Positions 17,591-33,400 of a stretch of DNA of 64,000 bases are shown in pieces. Made by a program: the position numbers and the translations under genes. Source of the DNA: the human T2T-CHM13v2.0 reference genome, Homo sapiens; NCBI RefSeq assembly GCF_009914755.1, contig NC_060935.1, one strand, 5' to 3'. Every line of letters begins with the position of its first letter. Within the stretch, counting starts at the first letter, position 1. The notes beneath the pieces are model-generated. The model searched no databases. It was not told the DNA's origin and worked only from the letters and a program-made list of their open reading frames with translations.

Positions 17591-20500
17591 AAACACAGTT
17601 CTGTGGCCTGTCTTGTCAAGTCATACTTGTGACATATTTGGCCCAGATACATAAGAGTAGGAATCAAAGAACATTTTATGAAAGACTTTTTGAAAATATC
17701 CATCAAAATATGCTGCTGACACTTTAACAAAGCATTTTAAACAATGATAAAATTACATGAATGAGGATGTATTTTTTAACCTATGCTATTCGTTGAGGCT
17801 GTTGGATTCCAAAAGCTTGTTTTTTAAAGGAAATCCAGTGGAGTAGCATCATATGCAGATATAATTTACGCAAATTAACTGCAAGCATTCAGGTAAAAAA
17901 AAAAAAAAAGTCTGAGAGAAATAATGGTCTCAGTAGTACAGATGATTCTGCCCTCCTTTTTAATTGTGAACATGTGCCCCAAAATGAGCATGATGTGAGA
18001 AACACATCTGCTGTTTCTTTAGTAGATTTCTGTAGGATGAGCATCTTGCTAGACTGCATGATTGTCTTTATAAAAGTGTGTATTTTTAATACAATATGGC
18101 ACTCACTATAAGCCATCTACTTCATCTGGAGCCCAGCCAAAGAAATGGTGATTTGTACCATTGCTTAAAGAACGGGTTGTATTGAACTTACTGAGGGATA
18201 GTTTATATGTTAGTCTCTAAAATGACATCTTAAGAGATTTTCCAAGGTAATTTTGAGATTTTTCCCATATGACTTATCCTCTGCAGAATATGAGTACTAT
18301 AAAATAATGTTTTGTCTTATTACTTTGTTTCAAAGGGATTCTGTCTAGTTCTAATATTTTCCATATTTGAAGTCCAGGTGCACCTTATGCATTGCTCTCC
18401 AAATTTACTTCCATTTGACTTCATTTTATCCTTCATTTTTCCAACCCTAGAGAGTCAAGAGCCCTTGAAACTGGACCCCAGAGTATTTTAGCCTTTTAAA
18501 AGTCTGTATTTTTTTCAACCCATTCTTTGTGTTTAGCTTTTCTGTCTACTCTTTTTGGAAACATTACCATTATGAAAAAATTATTAAGAAGATAACGTTT
18601 CCTGCTTTGGAAAACTTTTAGGTATATGTTCGTTGCCTAGAATAGTGGGAGGAATCGCCTGTAATACTGAAATCATATTTGAACCTAGTCAGAGAGAATG
18701 CAAAAGTCCACAAAATGAGGAACCCTGCAGTTGAGTAAAATAACCTGTCCATAGAGTTAATAGAGATTCGTGTGCTTGATCCTCTTTTGAAAGCCATGCT
18801 GAAAAATAATGCTTCTGAATTTCTGTAATTCATTGTTTAAATTTCAGAGACATTAAAGAAATTTTATCAGCATTTTAAAAAATTCTGATTCTAAAGCCTC
18901 CAAGTGAGTGATATTATAAAAGGATTTGAACATCAAATTGTCCTAAAATACAATTTGAGTGGAATCTTAAAATTCTTAAGCTATATTAAAATCATTTAAT
19001 TCTAGATAGGTATAGGTTTATGCTTGAAATCAGCAATGTTGAAGGACAATAAATTCTGAGAAATTAGCAGGACTAGAATATCTATCTGAAGTTTAGCAAT
19101 AAGCACAAAATAGTGTATTTATCAAATAATCAATAAGAGTGGACTCTTGATTAGAGATGTCAGAGGGGTTCTCCCTAGACTTATCACAGAGGCTGTCAAT
19201 TAACATTATTAGATTGTGATAAGAAATGAGTTGGACCAGGTATTTTCCTTTTTGATTCAGCCGGTTACCCATGGAGTAATGACGTATAAGGAAGTAATCT
19301 TCCCAAGTTCAGGCTTATTTTAACTTAGGCACTGACAGACACCATTATGAATATTGGCATTAAGATCTTCTAAAAATCCTGAAGTACCTAATGTTTACAG
19401 ACATTTTATGTATATGTATGTATTAACAGGAGGAAATCACTCCTCATGGAAAGACAAGTCAAGTCAAAAATTAGAAAAATAAATTTGATATATATACCAG
19501 ATGGCTCAGAATATACCTTATAATATTTGCCAGATTTTTAGTTCCCACTCTATATATCAGGTACATAACAGAAGGGCTTAGGTGGTGAGTTGGTAGCTAT
19601 CTTTCTACCTTACTTTTCAAAAGAGCAAAAAAAAACTATTCATTTCAGAAAATAGGGTATATCACATCTTCTATATGTCCCCCTTTTACCGTCTGTTAAA
19701 TCGTTCTTTCAGTGTTCCATCTCTTAATTTATACTATTGAAGGGTTGTAAAGACAAGTAGCATTTGGTAGAACTTGGTCACCTAGACACAAAAATTAGTT
19801 TTAATATTTTTCAGTTTTAAACTTCTTCAGCAGTCATAAAACTAATTTTTTTATGCTGCGTTGATTTGTAAATTCAGTGTATCTGTTTTGTTCAGGTGAA
19901 CAAGTGTATTCTTAATATTAAAATATAATGTTTACTTACGACTGATAGTATCTTCTGTCATTTGAGGAATTAGGAATGGAACATAGGGCTTTTGCATGGA
20001 TAGTTTTGGGGGAAGATTGGAAAGCAGCACAAAAAATGGAATATAAGGAAACAGTAATCATTGATATCAAGCAGTGGAAAACCGATGATGTGTGAGGGAG
20101 CAGGAGAAGAGAAATCTAGAGAAGCAGTGGGCTGCAAGCCTTTTTAAATGGCAGAGATTGCCAAAAAAAAAAAAAAATACTATGCAACATCACTTTTCAT
20201 TCAAACATGGACTGAACACTATGTGTGGGCTTCTGTGCTAGGCACTATGAATACAACAAATAATCAAAATGTAATTTCTAGCCCTAGAGACATTCATTTA
20301 GAAGGAGAGGCCAACATAAATGGAGAATTGTAATGTAGTGCTCTATAATAGAATAGCAGAGGCATATAAAAGACACCCGTAGCCTTGTATACTCTTCCTT
20401 TCCCTGATCCCTGCTCGTCTTTAAGGTTTTTACTTTAAGTATGGCTTCTTCATGAAAGCCTTTCTAATACCATATGTATTGTATTAGTGGGAAGTAATTA

Positions 20501-21009
20501 ATTGTACAGATGAGGGAATATTTCTCTGAAGTTGTTGCATCTGATACCAGTTTTGAGTTAAAAATAGGAAGTTATAAGTTACAGCATCATCATTTCCTTT
20601 TACCAAAGGTTGGGACAGGTTGACCATATCTCTTTATCATTTAACAAATAGTTTACTTAATAAATCATACTGATTTCCTATAGTCCCTGAACATTCCAGG
20701 ATATTTCATGCCTTCTGTGCAGTTTCACCATTTAGATAGCATGCCCAGGCATGCTTAGGCAGTGAGGATGCAGAGGCGAACAAAGAAATGGTAAGACTGC
20801 CCTTAAAGGGCTATTGGGATCTACAAGTGAACAAAGACATTGAACAAAAAGTATTATAAATATAGTGAGTGTTATTACAAGGAGTGCAGGAACATTTTAT
20901 GGATGTATTATACCCTACTCTGGGATTAAAGAAGGCTGCCCAGAGGAAATAATATTTAAACTGAGACATCACAAATGAGTTAGTTTAAGAATTGGGGGGA
21001 GTGTTACAG

Positions 21010-21333
21010 TGATATGGTTTGGCTGTGTCCTCACCCAAATCTCATCTTGAATTCCCATGTGTTGTGGGAGGGATCCAGTAAGAGGTAATTGAATCATGGG
21101 GGCAGGCCTTTCCTGTGCTGCTGTCATGACAGTGAGTCTCAAGGTCTGATGTGTATTATAAGGGGGAGTTTTCATACACAAACTCTCTTTGCCTGCTGCC
21201 ATCCATGTAAGACATGACTTGCTCCTCTTTGCCTTCCACCATGATTGTGAGACTTCCCCAGCCACGTGGAACTGTAAGTCCCATTAAACCTCTTTCTTTT
21301 GTAAATTGCCCAGTCTCTGGTTTGTCTTTATCA
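21010..21333 (+). mobile_element. THE1 (MaLR) solo LTR, last ~20 bp missing
   Basis: tgatatggtttggctgtgtcc...cccattaaacctctttc...; 5-bp TSD tacag (21005-21009 and 21334-21338). Confidence 0.9.
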
Positions 21334-23091
21334 TACAGGTAGGGGGCCTTAGGTAGGAAAAAGCAATACAGTAAATAATCTTCCTCTTTGTAGTGGTAAG
21401 CCACATAAAATGGAGAAACCCTTTTGCCGAAAACAGCTACAAATGCCAAAAAAAAGTTAAATGCTATCTGTTTGAAGTTAACAAATAAGGAAGTACTACT
21501 AAGCCAAGACTCAGAAAAGAAGGTAATCTGAAAAATGAGACTAACAATTGGGGCTGCTTTTGCCCTATAGGCATTTACCAATTCAGAGGAAGGAGCTGAA
21601 AGACTTGTGTAGCCCTTTTGATATTGCTCACGTGGATAGGAATACAAAGTGGGACCCTAATAGTTTTGCAGGACTTTGCATTGGGACTGTAAAGACTGTG
21701 CCCAAGAATAAGGTATGAGAGAAGTAAATGAACACTTGCATGGACTACAGCACAGCTTCAAGTCATCTGGGTGGTCCAGGAAGTCTCAAACCCTGATATT
21801 AGATTAAGATCTCGGTTTGCCATGCCCCCAGGTTCCTTGCAGAAACAAAAATTCTTTCTAGAAGATTATTACAGGTTTCAAATTATTTTCACAAAGTTTT
21901 TCAAATATTAATGTTCAAAACATATTCAGAGGTAATCAGTCACACAAGGACACAAAACAACATGAATCAAGAACCAGTTGAAGCAGTAGACAATAAAAAC
22001 AGAGCTCTAGGTGCTCCAGGAATTAGTTATAGCAGACATAGGTTTTGAAAAACTATGCTTACTAAATTCAAAGAGAAAAAATACTGCAAATTTTAACAAA
22101 TGGAAACATTTTTTAAAATACGGTTTGGAAAAGAATTGAACAGACATTCTAAGACCAAATTAAATATGATTTGAACAGCAGATCTTCATGTATTAGTGTA
22201 GAGAAGATCTGCGAACTGGATTTTAGGGCAGAAGAAAATGTCCGGAAAGAAGCCTGGAGACATGCAAGAATGAGACAGAGGGAAGGGCAAGAAATAACGT
22301 AGATACAAGAAAAGGTCTAATTACATATACATGTAAATGGGCATCCCAGAGAAAAGGAGGATGAGAATGTTACAGTATTTAAAGAGATGATGGCTAAGAA
22401 TTTTCCAAAACAGATGAAAGCAACAATTTAAGAAGTCAACATAACCTAAATAGCATAATTTTAAGATTGTATCCAAATGTAGGTGTATATCTAAGAGAAG
22501 TGAAAACATGTCCACGCAAATGTTTATAGCAGCATTATTCATAATAGCTAAGAAATGGAAGTAATTCAAATGTCTATCACCTATAGAATGGATAAGTAAA
22601 ATTTGGCATATCCATGCAATGGAATATTATTCAGCTACAAAAAAGAATGAAACACGATACAACATGGTTAACCCTTAAAAACATTACGCTAAGTGAAAGA
22701 AACCAGTCACAAAAGACCATCTCTTATATGATTCCATTTAGATGAAATATCCAGAATAGGTATATTTGTAGACACAGACTGGGCAAGAAGAGAATGGATG
22801 GAAGATTTCTTTTGGGGGAAATGAAATGTTTTTAAAATTAGATTGTAATGATGGTTACACAACTCTGAGTATACTAAAGAATGTTGAATTGTACAATTTA
22901 AATGGGTAAATTTTTCGGTATGTGAATTATACCTCAGTTTAAATGAGGGAAGAGAAACCCACACCTAGACATATCCTAGTAAAACTACAGAAACCAAAGA
23001 AAAATCTCAAAGTTGGTGGAACTATGGTGCTGGAATTACCTTTAAAGAAGAGCTAAGTAGACTAGTAGATAATTTCTATAATTGGTAAATC

Positions 23092-24230
<1,139 letters not shown>

Positions 24231-26414
24231 AATTCAGCATGATGTACACTTACGTGCACTTTTCTGAATGTACATTATAAAGCAGTTTCTAAAATGAAAA
24301 ATCAGTAAATTTCAATGAATATGGGTTGTATAAAACAATTTTGTGTTTATAGCTAGGAAGAAATGTGAGGTATCAATTTATGAAATGTCAAAATGAAAGT
24401 ATTCGTGTTACAGACTCTGAAGATGATTTTTGCCCCCTAAAACCACTTTAATAAGCAATTTTGAAATTACAAGGAAGCAATCCCAAATAAATTTAAAAGG
24501 AGTTTCAGTTATCTTGAAATATTCTATGTAGATCAGAAATAAATTACATTGTGTTTTTCAATAAAAGTATTTTTAAAAATATTTTTGGACTATTGCCTGT
24601 TTTACTACTTCCCATATTGCTTTGTCTATTTTTTACCACCACTCAATCTGGCAGTATCTCTTGAGACGTATATGGCACTTAATGTGTATTGTTCCCTAGA
24701 GGAGAATCATGAAAGAAAAGGTGCAGATTTTCTCTTGGGATACAATAGAAAATTAATTGAAAAAGAAAGAGTCCGTAATTTAATGTATAGTTACAATTGG
24801 GGAAAAAATCATAATATATAATTTTCATATTTGTTGATTATGTCTTCTTAAACGCCATTTATTACTAGCACAGTTCATGCTCTGTATGTGGCAGCTCGTA
24901 TAGCTTATGTTTGTATTTTCATCTCCTTGGTTTATATATGATGATCTAAGCTATAACAGTCATTTTTATGGCATTGTCTGCTTACTCTTTCTTTGCTTGC
25001 TTCAGACTCATCAGTTGGCTTTTGCATTCCATATTGAGATTTTGAAAGAAATACTTCAACGAAAAATGAATTGTATTTTTGTTATAGTGATTCTGCTGCA
25101 TGGATTACAAGCACTCTATCTCCATGCTTGGATAAACTCCATCAAAAGCACATTATCCTCCTACTTCTGTGGCCAGCTGCCTAATTGTATCTGCTGTAAC
25201 CACATGCTGTTGGAACATGATACCAATGAAGAACAGAAATGATAAATTACTCCCTGCAGGTGATAGTGATAATGATAATTTTTAATTTCCTTCTTCCTCA
25301 TAAGGTCTAGTCTGATCTTATTTCATTGGTTGCCATCCTATTACATACACACAATGTGTCCTCTTTAAAGAAATATTCATCACACTAAAATACCTGAGAA
25401 AGTCATTTTTTATCCCAAATCATTGTTCTTCAAATGAGTGTATATTAAATGAACTGCATTTACCTTTATACATATAAACAAAACATGGCTTAAAACAGAT
25501 TTTTTCATGATTCAGTTTACAAATGCCATGAGTTTTCTTTTTGTGAAATCCACAAAAAGATGAGTTCTGAAACTATTACATGCTGAGGAATATTTAAGAT
25601 GTACAACAGAGCTCCATGCTTGTATTTTCCTATGTGCATCAAAGTAATTGTCGAGGATTCTCACAAAATATCAAGAGTGATCAAGCTATCCCAGAAATTC
25701 ACTATGTATACGTAGTTTCCTTTCATTCTGTTTTCTTCTATCATTGTTTTTGTTTTTTTACTACTTACCACTCATTCTCCCTTCTCTCACTCTAAGGGAC
25801 TTTTATAACTAAACTTTTAGTTATAAATTTTTCTGACTGTGGTATAATTCAGTGAAATTTTATTTAACTGTGACCTTGCCTTTGCAGATTAACCCAACTC
25901 CTACAGATAGATTTTAATGCTTTTTTTCCCCTCAGCAGTTCTCATTGCCCCAACAAGATATATACGTGAGACAAAGGAGAAATTTCTTCTGCAGTCAGCC
26001 TTCAGACCTCTCTGATCTTTTACGAGCATATGTCAAGTTGTAGCTCCAGTTAGTTATTTGTTGCCATTGCCTATTAGTCATTATTTCCTATGGTTGTTTA
26101 TTCTTATATTTGAATGACTTCCACAGAGATAATGTATATTCATTGAAATTAACATTTAAAAGATGTTAAGATAGCCTGTCAAAGTGATGGTAGCAAGGTG
26201 GCCAAACTGTAATTGAAAATAGTGGCATGTTTATATTTTCCTGACAAAATAAGTCATTTATTCCTAAATCAGCTGATATTTGGTTATATCATTATTCCTT
26301 ATTTAATAGCTTTGCAGAAATAAAAACACTAATCATAATTCATTTGGTTTTATATTACTATGTTTCAAATTGAAGGGGTTTTTTTTTTTCTTAATCTCTT
26401 TTAATTAAGAGTTA

Positions 26415-26530
26415 GTAGCATGCAACTGTTGTCCCAGCTACTCAGGAGGCTTAGGCAGAAAGATCCCTTAAGCCCAGGAGTTTGATTTCAGTCTGGGCAC
26501 CATAGCGGGACTCCATCTCTAAAATTAAAT
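26415..26530 (+). mobile_element. Alu monomer (FLAM/FRAM-like)
   Basis: gtcccagctactcaggaggc...agcccaggagtttga...gactccatctct. Confidence 0.8.
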
Positions 26531-27439
26531 AAAAATTTTTAAAAATAAGAATCACACAGAAAAGAAAAGAAAAAAAGGTAACACCACAAACCCTGTCTCT
26601 TTAAGGGGCATTCTAGATCATGTTGGTGTTTGAGGGTAGACACCCATTTTAAAACCAGAAACTCCCTTTGTTTTTTTCAGAGCAGCAATCTTCCACTTTC
26701 TCAACTGTACGAATGCTGTCTAGTGAGTAGATAGATTATCTGCACACAGTTTGAATTTTAGGTGAATTCCTTCCTAACTTCTCCTCATGCTTCTGCTTTC
26801 TGTTTAATGTGTGCTGTGGAACTGAGTATTACTGTAAACCAAACCTCATTAGAAATGTGACTGTGCTTGAAGACTCAAAGATACTGTGAGGCATTTCACA
26901 TAGATGCAATTTCAGATATTTGTCATAGATTCTTTCCAGTGCTTACAACTGAAGTTAACTATATCTGTCATTTTTCTTTGTCTTAAAACTTATTTTTTGG
27001 TTACCCAGAACTTCCCAGTATTTCTTTCACTATATTATTAAGGGCTGGAAATTTTTAACTGAAATTCATACACAGATTTGGAGATTGATTAATAAGCATG
27101 TGTGGCTGGACGTGGTGGCTCACACCTGTAATCCCAGTGCTTTGGGAGGCCCCCCAAAAAATGTGGGGAAAAATAAATCCTAGTAAGCTAATAAGAGCTT
27201 TTGTGAAAATTTGGGTTTAAAAGCAGCTTTTGTGACATCTTCAGATACATGAAGAGAAGCATTTCTAATTCTGATTAAAAAAAGACTGGCAATAAATATA
27301 ACAGTTATAGAAGTATAATTACAGAAAGATGAGAGGCTGTTACATGAGTTTAAAACAATTTTAAAAGGTACACTAAAAATTTTGAAAACAAAAGGATGTT
27401 TTAGAACTATGGGTTTTCTGTTCTTGTTGTTGTTCCAGT

Positions 27440-28500
27440 TTACCTTCTGAAGAACTTCTTTTAAAATGTTTCTAGAGGAAGTCTATTGGCAATGAATTTC
27501 TTTACTTTTCCTTGACTTGAAAATGCCTTCATTCATTCTGTCTAGATATAGAATTTTAAAACTTTTTTTTCTCCATCAGTGTCTTTTTCTTTTCCATCTG
27601 GACCACCAATGACACGTTAGATCTATAGGTCTCCAAGGTTCTATAACATGCATTTTAATTGCTGTCTTTTTCCCTTCTTCAAATTGGATAATTTCTATCA
27701 ATCTTCAAATTCACTGATTTTTTCCCTGTCATCTCCATTCTGCTATTCAACCCGGAAGTTTCAGTTATTATAATTTTCAATTGAAAATTTTTCATTTGGT
27801 GCTTTTTTATGGTTTCTCTGCTGAGAATTTCTGTCTTTTGATTCATTCCATTGTGTTTTCTGTCACCGTTGGAACATGGTTATAATTGCTGCTTTAAAGT
27901 TTTGCTTGATAGTTTGAGCATCTGGATTATCTCAGAGGTGGCTTGTCTTTTCTCCTGAGAGTTGTTCAATTTTCCTGATTCTTTGTATGTTGAGTAATTT
28001 GAGATTGCACCTTAGATGTTGTGCATGCTATGTTGTGTAAACTGTGTGTCTTGTTAAAATCTTAAGGATGTTGATGTTTGTTGTTAGCAGTCAAGCCCAG
28101 TTAAAATCAGACCATAAGTTCTGTCTTAGTGTCCGAGCAGACAGTTGACCAAGTCTCAGTCACATTCTCTAAGCCTTTGTTATGCTGTTTTGAGGCTGTC
28201 TTACACATACCTAGTTTACGGATTAGTCTGAGACTTTTACAGATTTTTCAAATCTCACGTCAGTTCTCTAGGCCTTTACTTGTTGGTTTCGGTTTTTTTT
28301 CCATGCATGTTTTATCCAGAGGTTAGTCCTGAGACTTGCAGCAGTGATTCAAATTTTAGTTCAATGCTCTAAGCTTTTGCTGTGTGGGTTTGGATCTCAC
28401 CTGAAAATGCGTAATTTGGGGGTTAGGCTGAGACTTCTGCATTTCCTACATACAGAATTAGATCTTTTCTAGCTCTCTCCTCTCCATATTTGTCCCACAT
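27440..28500 (-). mobile_element. Ancient L1M ORF1/5' fragments
   Basis: ttggataatttctat...cttcaaattcactga...tccattctgctattcaaccc reverse ORF1 motifs. Confidence 0.6.
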
Positions 28501-29388
28501 GTTCCATGCTTTTCAGAGTTAAAAATTATTAGTTCCATTCAAGTTCAGTTAGTCAATGCTTTAATAAAGTATACTGACTATGTAATAAAGCTAGCCATAT
28601 TTGAGACTGAAGACTAAAAATTTTAATTTGGCTAAAATTTATTGAGAACCTACTATATAACATTGTATTGGGTAAGGGGCATAGAAGTGAGTTATACATA
28701 TGCCTTGCTCTTAAATAAATTGCAGTATAAGGCAAACTGTAATATACTATCGTAACTAACATAACAGAATGTATAATAAACACATTTGCTCATCAAATAT
28801 TGTATTGTATTGTATCCTATGGGCCAGGTTACTGCTCTGGGCACTGAGAGTATAGTGGTGAACAAGACAGGCATACAGGAATAAATAAGAAAACAGTTGA
28901 ATTGGTCTGTGAAGGGGTATCATAAGTATCTGGAAATCAACTGATAAAGTTATATTTAGAAATATTCTAATTAACCACGTGGTTTTTATGATAATCTGTG
29001 GCTGAGTACTACATTGTTTTATAATTCTATTTGGCAGAATTATTACTAGTATTTTGATTCTCTCTTGGTATCTAAATTGCAGTGAACCTCAGGGTTAAAT
29101 ATTGAGTTTGGTTTGGACCTAATCCATATTAACCCTACCAGATCAATAAAATGTCACATTTTTAACAAAAGTAGCAGAGTACACAAATTAGCTTTACCAT
29201 GATTTTTCAAAAAATCAGTGTCCTGTTTTTTACACTTTCTAAGCTTAATGTAATGCCAGCTTTAAAAAGTGATTAAGTCCAGCTAGTTCCAATAGTGAAA
29301 GAAAATGGAATGGTATTTAAATTTAACCAAAAAACTCAAAATTATGTATTTATGTGAGTATGTTAATTTCTTTAAGAGATCTTTTGTA

Positions 29389-29757
29389 GGCTGGGTGCAG
29401 TGGCTCACACCTCTAATCCTAGCACTTTGGGAAGCCGAAGTGGGTGAGTCGCAAGGTCAGGAGTTCGAGACCAGCCTGACCAACATGGTGAAACCCCATC
29501 TCTACTAAAAATATAAAAATTAGCCGGGTGTGGTGGCGCACGCCTGTAGTCCCATCTACTCAGCCTTGCCTGACCAACACGGTGAAACCCCGTCTCTACT
29601 AAAAATATAAAAGCCAGGTGTGGTGGCGCACGCCTGTGGTCCCATCTACTCAGGAGGCTGAGGCAGGAGAATCACTTGAACCCAGGAGGCGGAGGTTGCA
29701 ATGAGCTGAGATCCCTCTGGGCAACAGAGCAAGACTCCATGTCAAAAAAAAAAAAAA
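29389..29757 (+). mobile_element. AluS with a ~90-bp internal tandem duplication
   Basis: 29474-29563 is repeated at 29568-29653. Confidence 0.95.
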
Positions 29758-29979
29758 TCTTTTTGTACTATCACAGTAACCCTTAGAGCTCACTTTGGAG
29801 TTTCTCCTTTGAGTACTTGCTTAAACATAAGATTTGAGTACTACTGTTCATTTTTTCAGGAAAAAAAAAATAAGTAACATTTTAAAAATCTTTATTTCAT
29901 CACAAAAATATTCATAGTACTTAAAAACAGATATACTGGACTAGAAGAAATTAAATGAACTGGCTTTGTATAAATAGGA

Positions 29980-30280
29980 TGTTTTAATTATTTATTGCTA
30001 TGTAATAGCCCATCTCAGAACTCTGGCTTGAAGCCCAAACCATTTTTATCTGTTTGTTTCCGATTCTGCAATCCTGACTGGACTTAACTGAGTAGTGCAC
30101 TTGCTGGTCCTTCCTGGCATCTTTCATGCCGCTGCAGTTGTCTGAACACTTGACTACAGCTGGAGAAGTCAAGATAGCCTAATGCGTGGGTGGACATCTC
30201 AGTTGGCGAGTGAGGATCAGTGAGGGGCCAGCTGAGTCTCTCTCTCCATGTGTGTTCACCTTTCAGTGGTCTAGCATGAT
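29980..30280. mobile_element. MLT1-type LTR remnant
   Basis: tattgctatgtaa...tggcttgaag...gattctgcaa...tctctccatgtg pattern. Confidence 0.5.
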
Positions 30281-30531
30281 TATTTCTCTAATAAAATGTA
30301 CTAATTATTTGATTAGCCTTATTACCTTTATTATGTTGTTTCTGTGAGGAAAAGCCAAATTACATTACTTCGTTTTTACTTACAACATCTTTTCCAGGAA
30401 AAATATTGAGTTTAAGAGGTATTTAGTCTCTGAAATGGTTTATCATTTGCCATGTCTTAAGAGACAGTAATGAGTTATTATATTATGTAATTCATTTAGT
30501 AAGCATTTATATTTCTTTTTTTAAAAAACAG

Positions 30532-30582
30532 GCAATTGCTGGCTACTTTGATATATATTTTGAGAAGAATTGCCACAACAGG
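30532..30582 (+). CDS. PRMT3: PRMT3 coding exon (probably exon 14), 51 nt, phase 0-0, AIAGYFDIYFEKNCHNR
   Basis: Acceptor ...aaaacAG at 30530-30531; donor AGG|GTAAGT at 30583; G(Y/W)FD motif typical of the PRMT beta-barrel. Confidence 0.96.
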
Positions 30583-30764
30583 GTAAGTATCATGAATTAT
30601 CTCATAAGAATTAATTATTACAGAAGTACATTATATTTTATTTTGTGCCCCAAGGTGTTTAATCATAAGCATTTTGCTGCTGTAAGCAATTGGGGCTTGT
30701 GTTTGATGTCGTAGATTAATGTACCATGATATTAAAAATCTTGTACTTCATCAAATACCTTTGA

Positions 30765-30878
<114 letters not shown>

Positions 30879-30960
30879 TAGTAGGGGGGAAGTATCTTAT
30901 TCATTCTGAAGTAAATGATATTCATTCATTTTACAGCCACTTTTTATGTGCACACTATAT

Positions 30961-31238
30961 TTGTTTTTTGAGACGGAGTCTCGCTGTCTCACCCAGGCTG
31001 GAGAACAGTGATCTCGGCTCACTGCAACCTCCATCCCCTGGGTTCAAGCAGTTCTCCTGCCTCAGCCTCCCAAGTACTTGGGATTACAGGCACGCACCAC
31101 CACACCCAGCTAATGTTTGTATTTTTAGTAGAGATGGGGTTTCACCATGTTGGTCCCCAACTCCTGACCTCAAGTGATCCACCTGCCTCGGCCCCCCCAA
31201 AGTGCTGGGATTGCAGGTGTGAGCCACTGCGCCTGGCC
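30961..31238 (-). mobile_element. AluS 93 bp downstream of the THW exon donor
   Basis: Reverse Alu dimer. Confidence 0.95.
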
Positions 31239-31533
31239 TGCACAATATATTTGAAGCAATATAACAGATGTTAAGAAAAGATATTCTTAGAGCTTACCAT
31301 CTACATAAATTTTAGATGGCATATCATTTAATTAAAGACATAATTTAAGAAAAATTTTTAAGTCTAATTTCTGCCAACTAAAATAAATAAGACTACCTGG
31401 CTCTTAAAGTGTCACAAAATAATTCAGAAAACTTTCGGCAATAATTAGTATTTAATAAGTTACAAATATAACTAAAAATATTTTCTTTCTCCAAGTGACT
31501 GAAGAGAAATATTACCAATAAAATAAAAGTTAA

Positions 31534-32130
<597 letters not shown>

Positions 32131-32459
32131 AGAGAAAAAGTTATTGCATTCAAAATATATTTGTCTTAGCATTCTCTCCACTGTCTCTTCCCTGCCTATC
32201 CAAATCTTATGCAGTATTCAAGGGCTAATCAGATTCTATTTTTTATTTTAAAAACTCATTGATTGTTCACTTACATTAGCACCTATAGTTCTGACATACC
32301 TATATATTTCACTCTAAAAGTTAGAATTTGATTATGGAATTTAAAAATTTAAACTGCTTACTACATATAAGTCTTCTTGTACCACCTTCTCTGAAAACCT
32401 CCTGAGAGTACAAAAGCTGAATGTATAACAAGCTGCAGTGAAAAAAATCCAGCTTCACC

Positions 32460-33400
32460 AATAACTCAGGAAAAGGCTAACTGAAACCATGAGATGCTGT
32501 TTCTTGTCCATCAATTGGGGGAAGAAAATACATAAAGTTTAACAATGTCAAGTGCTGGCAATAATGTAGCCAAATGGAACTTTCATTCCCTTTTGCTGGC
32601 TTTTAATTAGTAAAACTTTCGAGAACAGTTTGATACTATGAAGCTAAGTATAGATGTACCATCCCTACAGCTAAGCAATTTTTTCCTAGGCATGTATTCT
32701 AAACAGTCTCTCCCACAACATATGTAAAAATCTTTATAGTAGCATGTTTTATAGAAGGGAAAAATTGGAAATAACCTTAATTGTCCCTCAGCAGAAGATG
32801 GATAAATAAATGTGGTAGTTGCATAGCATAGTATCTGGATCAGGTAAGTTATGTATGTATGTTTCTATCAAAAACAACATTGAAGCCGGGCATGGTGGCG
32901 CACACCTATAGTCCCTGCTACTTAGGAGGCTGAGGCCAGAAGTTCCCTTGAGCCCAGGAGTCTGAGGCTGCAGTGAGCTGTGATTGAGCTGCTTTACTCC
33001 AGCTGGGGCGACATAGTGAGACCCTGTCTCTTGGGGAGTTAATGTAAGGGAGGCAACATTGAGCAAAAAAGAAAATTGCAGAATGAGTCTGACAAGATAC
33101 CATTTATGTGAACTTTTAAAACATGTAAGCAACCATACATACACATATCTAATACAAGTATGAAACAAGCAGCTCAGATTCAGCATAGTGGTTACCTCTG
33201 GATAGAAATAGGATTAGGGCAGGCTACAACTGGGGTGGGGGGTGGGGGTCAATGTCATATAAAAGACATATAAAAGAAAACTTTGTAAAAAATTGGAGGA
33301 ACTCTGATAGATTTTACAAAGCTGAGTGGTGGGCTCTATATTACAGTTACCAGGTGGTTATCAATCTCTGTTTTAAATATTTCATAAATTCTATAGCTTC
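32460..33400 (+). mobile_element. L1M 3' fragments with an Alu monomer (32885-33032)
   Basis: agtgctggcaa...tggaactttca, aaattggaaataacct L1M motifs. Confidence 0.65.

Noticed and set aside
24907-25242. 111-aa hydrophobic ORF in unique sequence
   Set aside because: Composition is what T-rich DNA gives by chance; no recognisable domain, promoter or splice context.
32841-32849. Perfect donor CAG|GTAAGT
   Set aside because: Lies inside an L1M fragment with no convincing upstream acceptor at exon distance.
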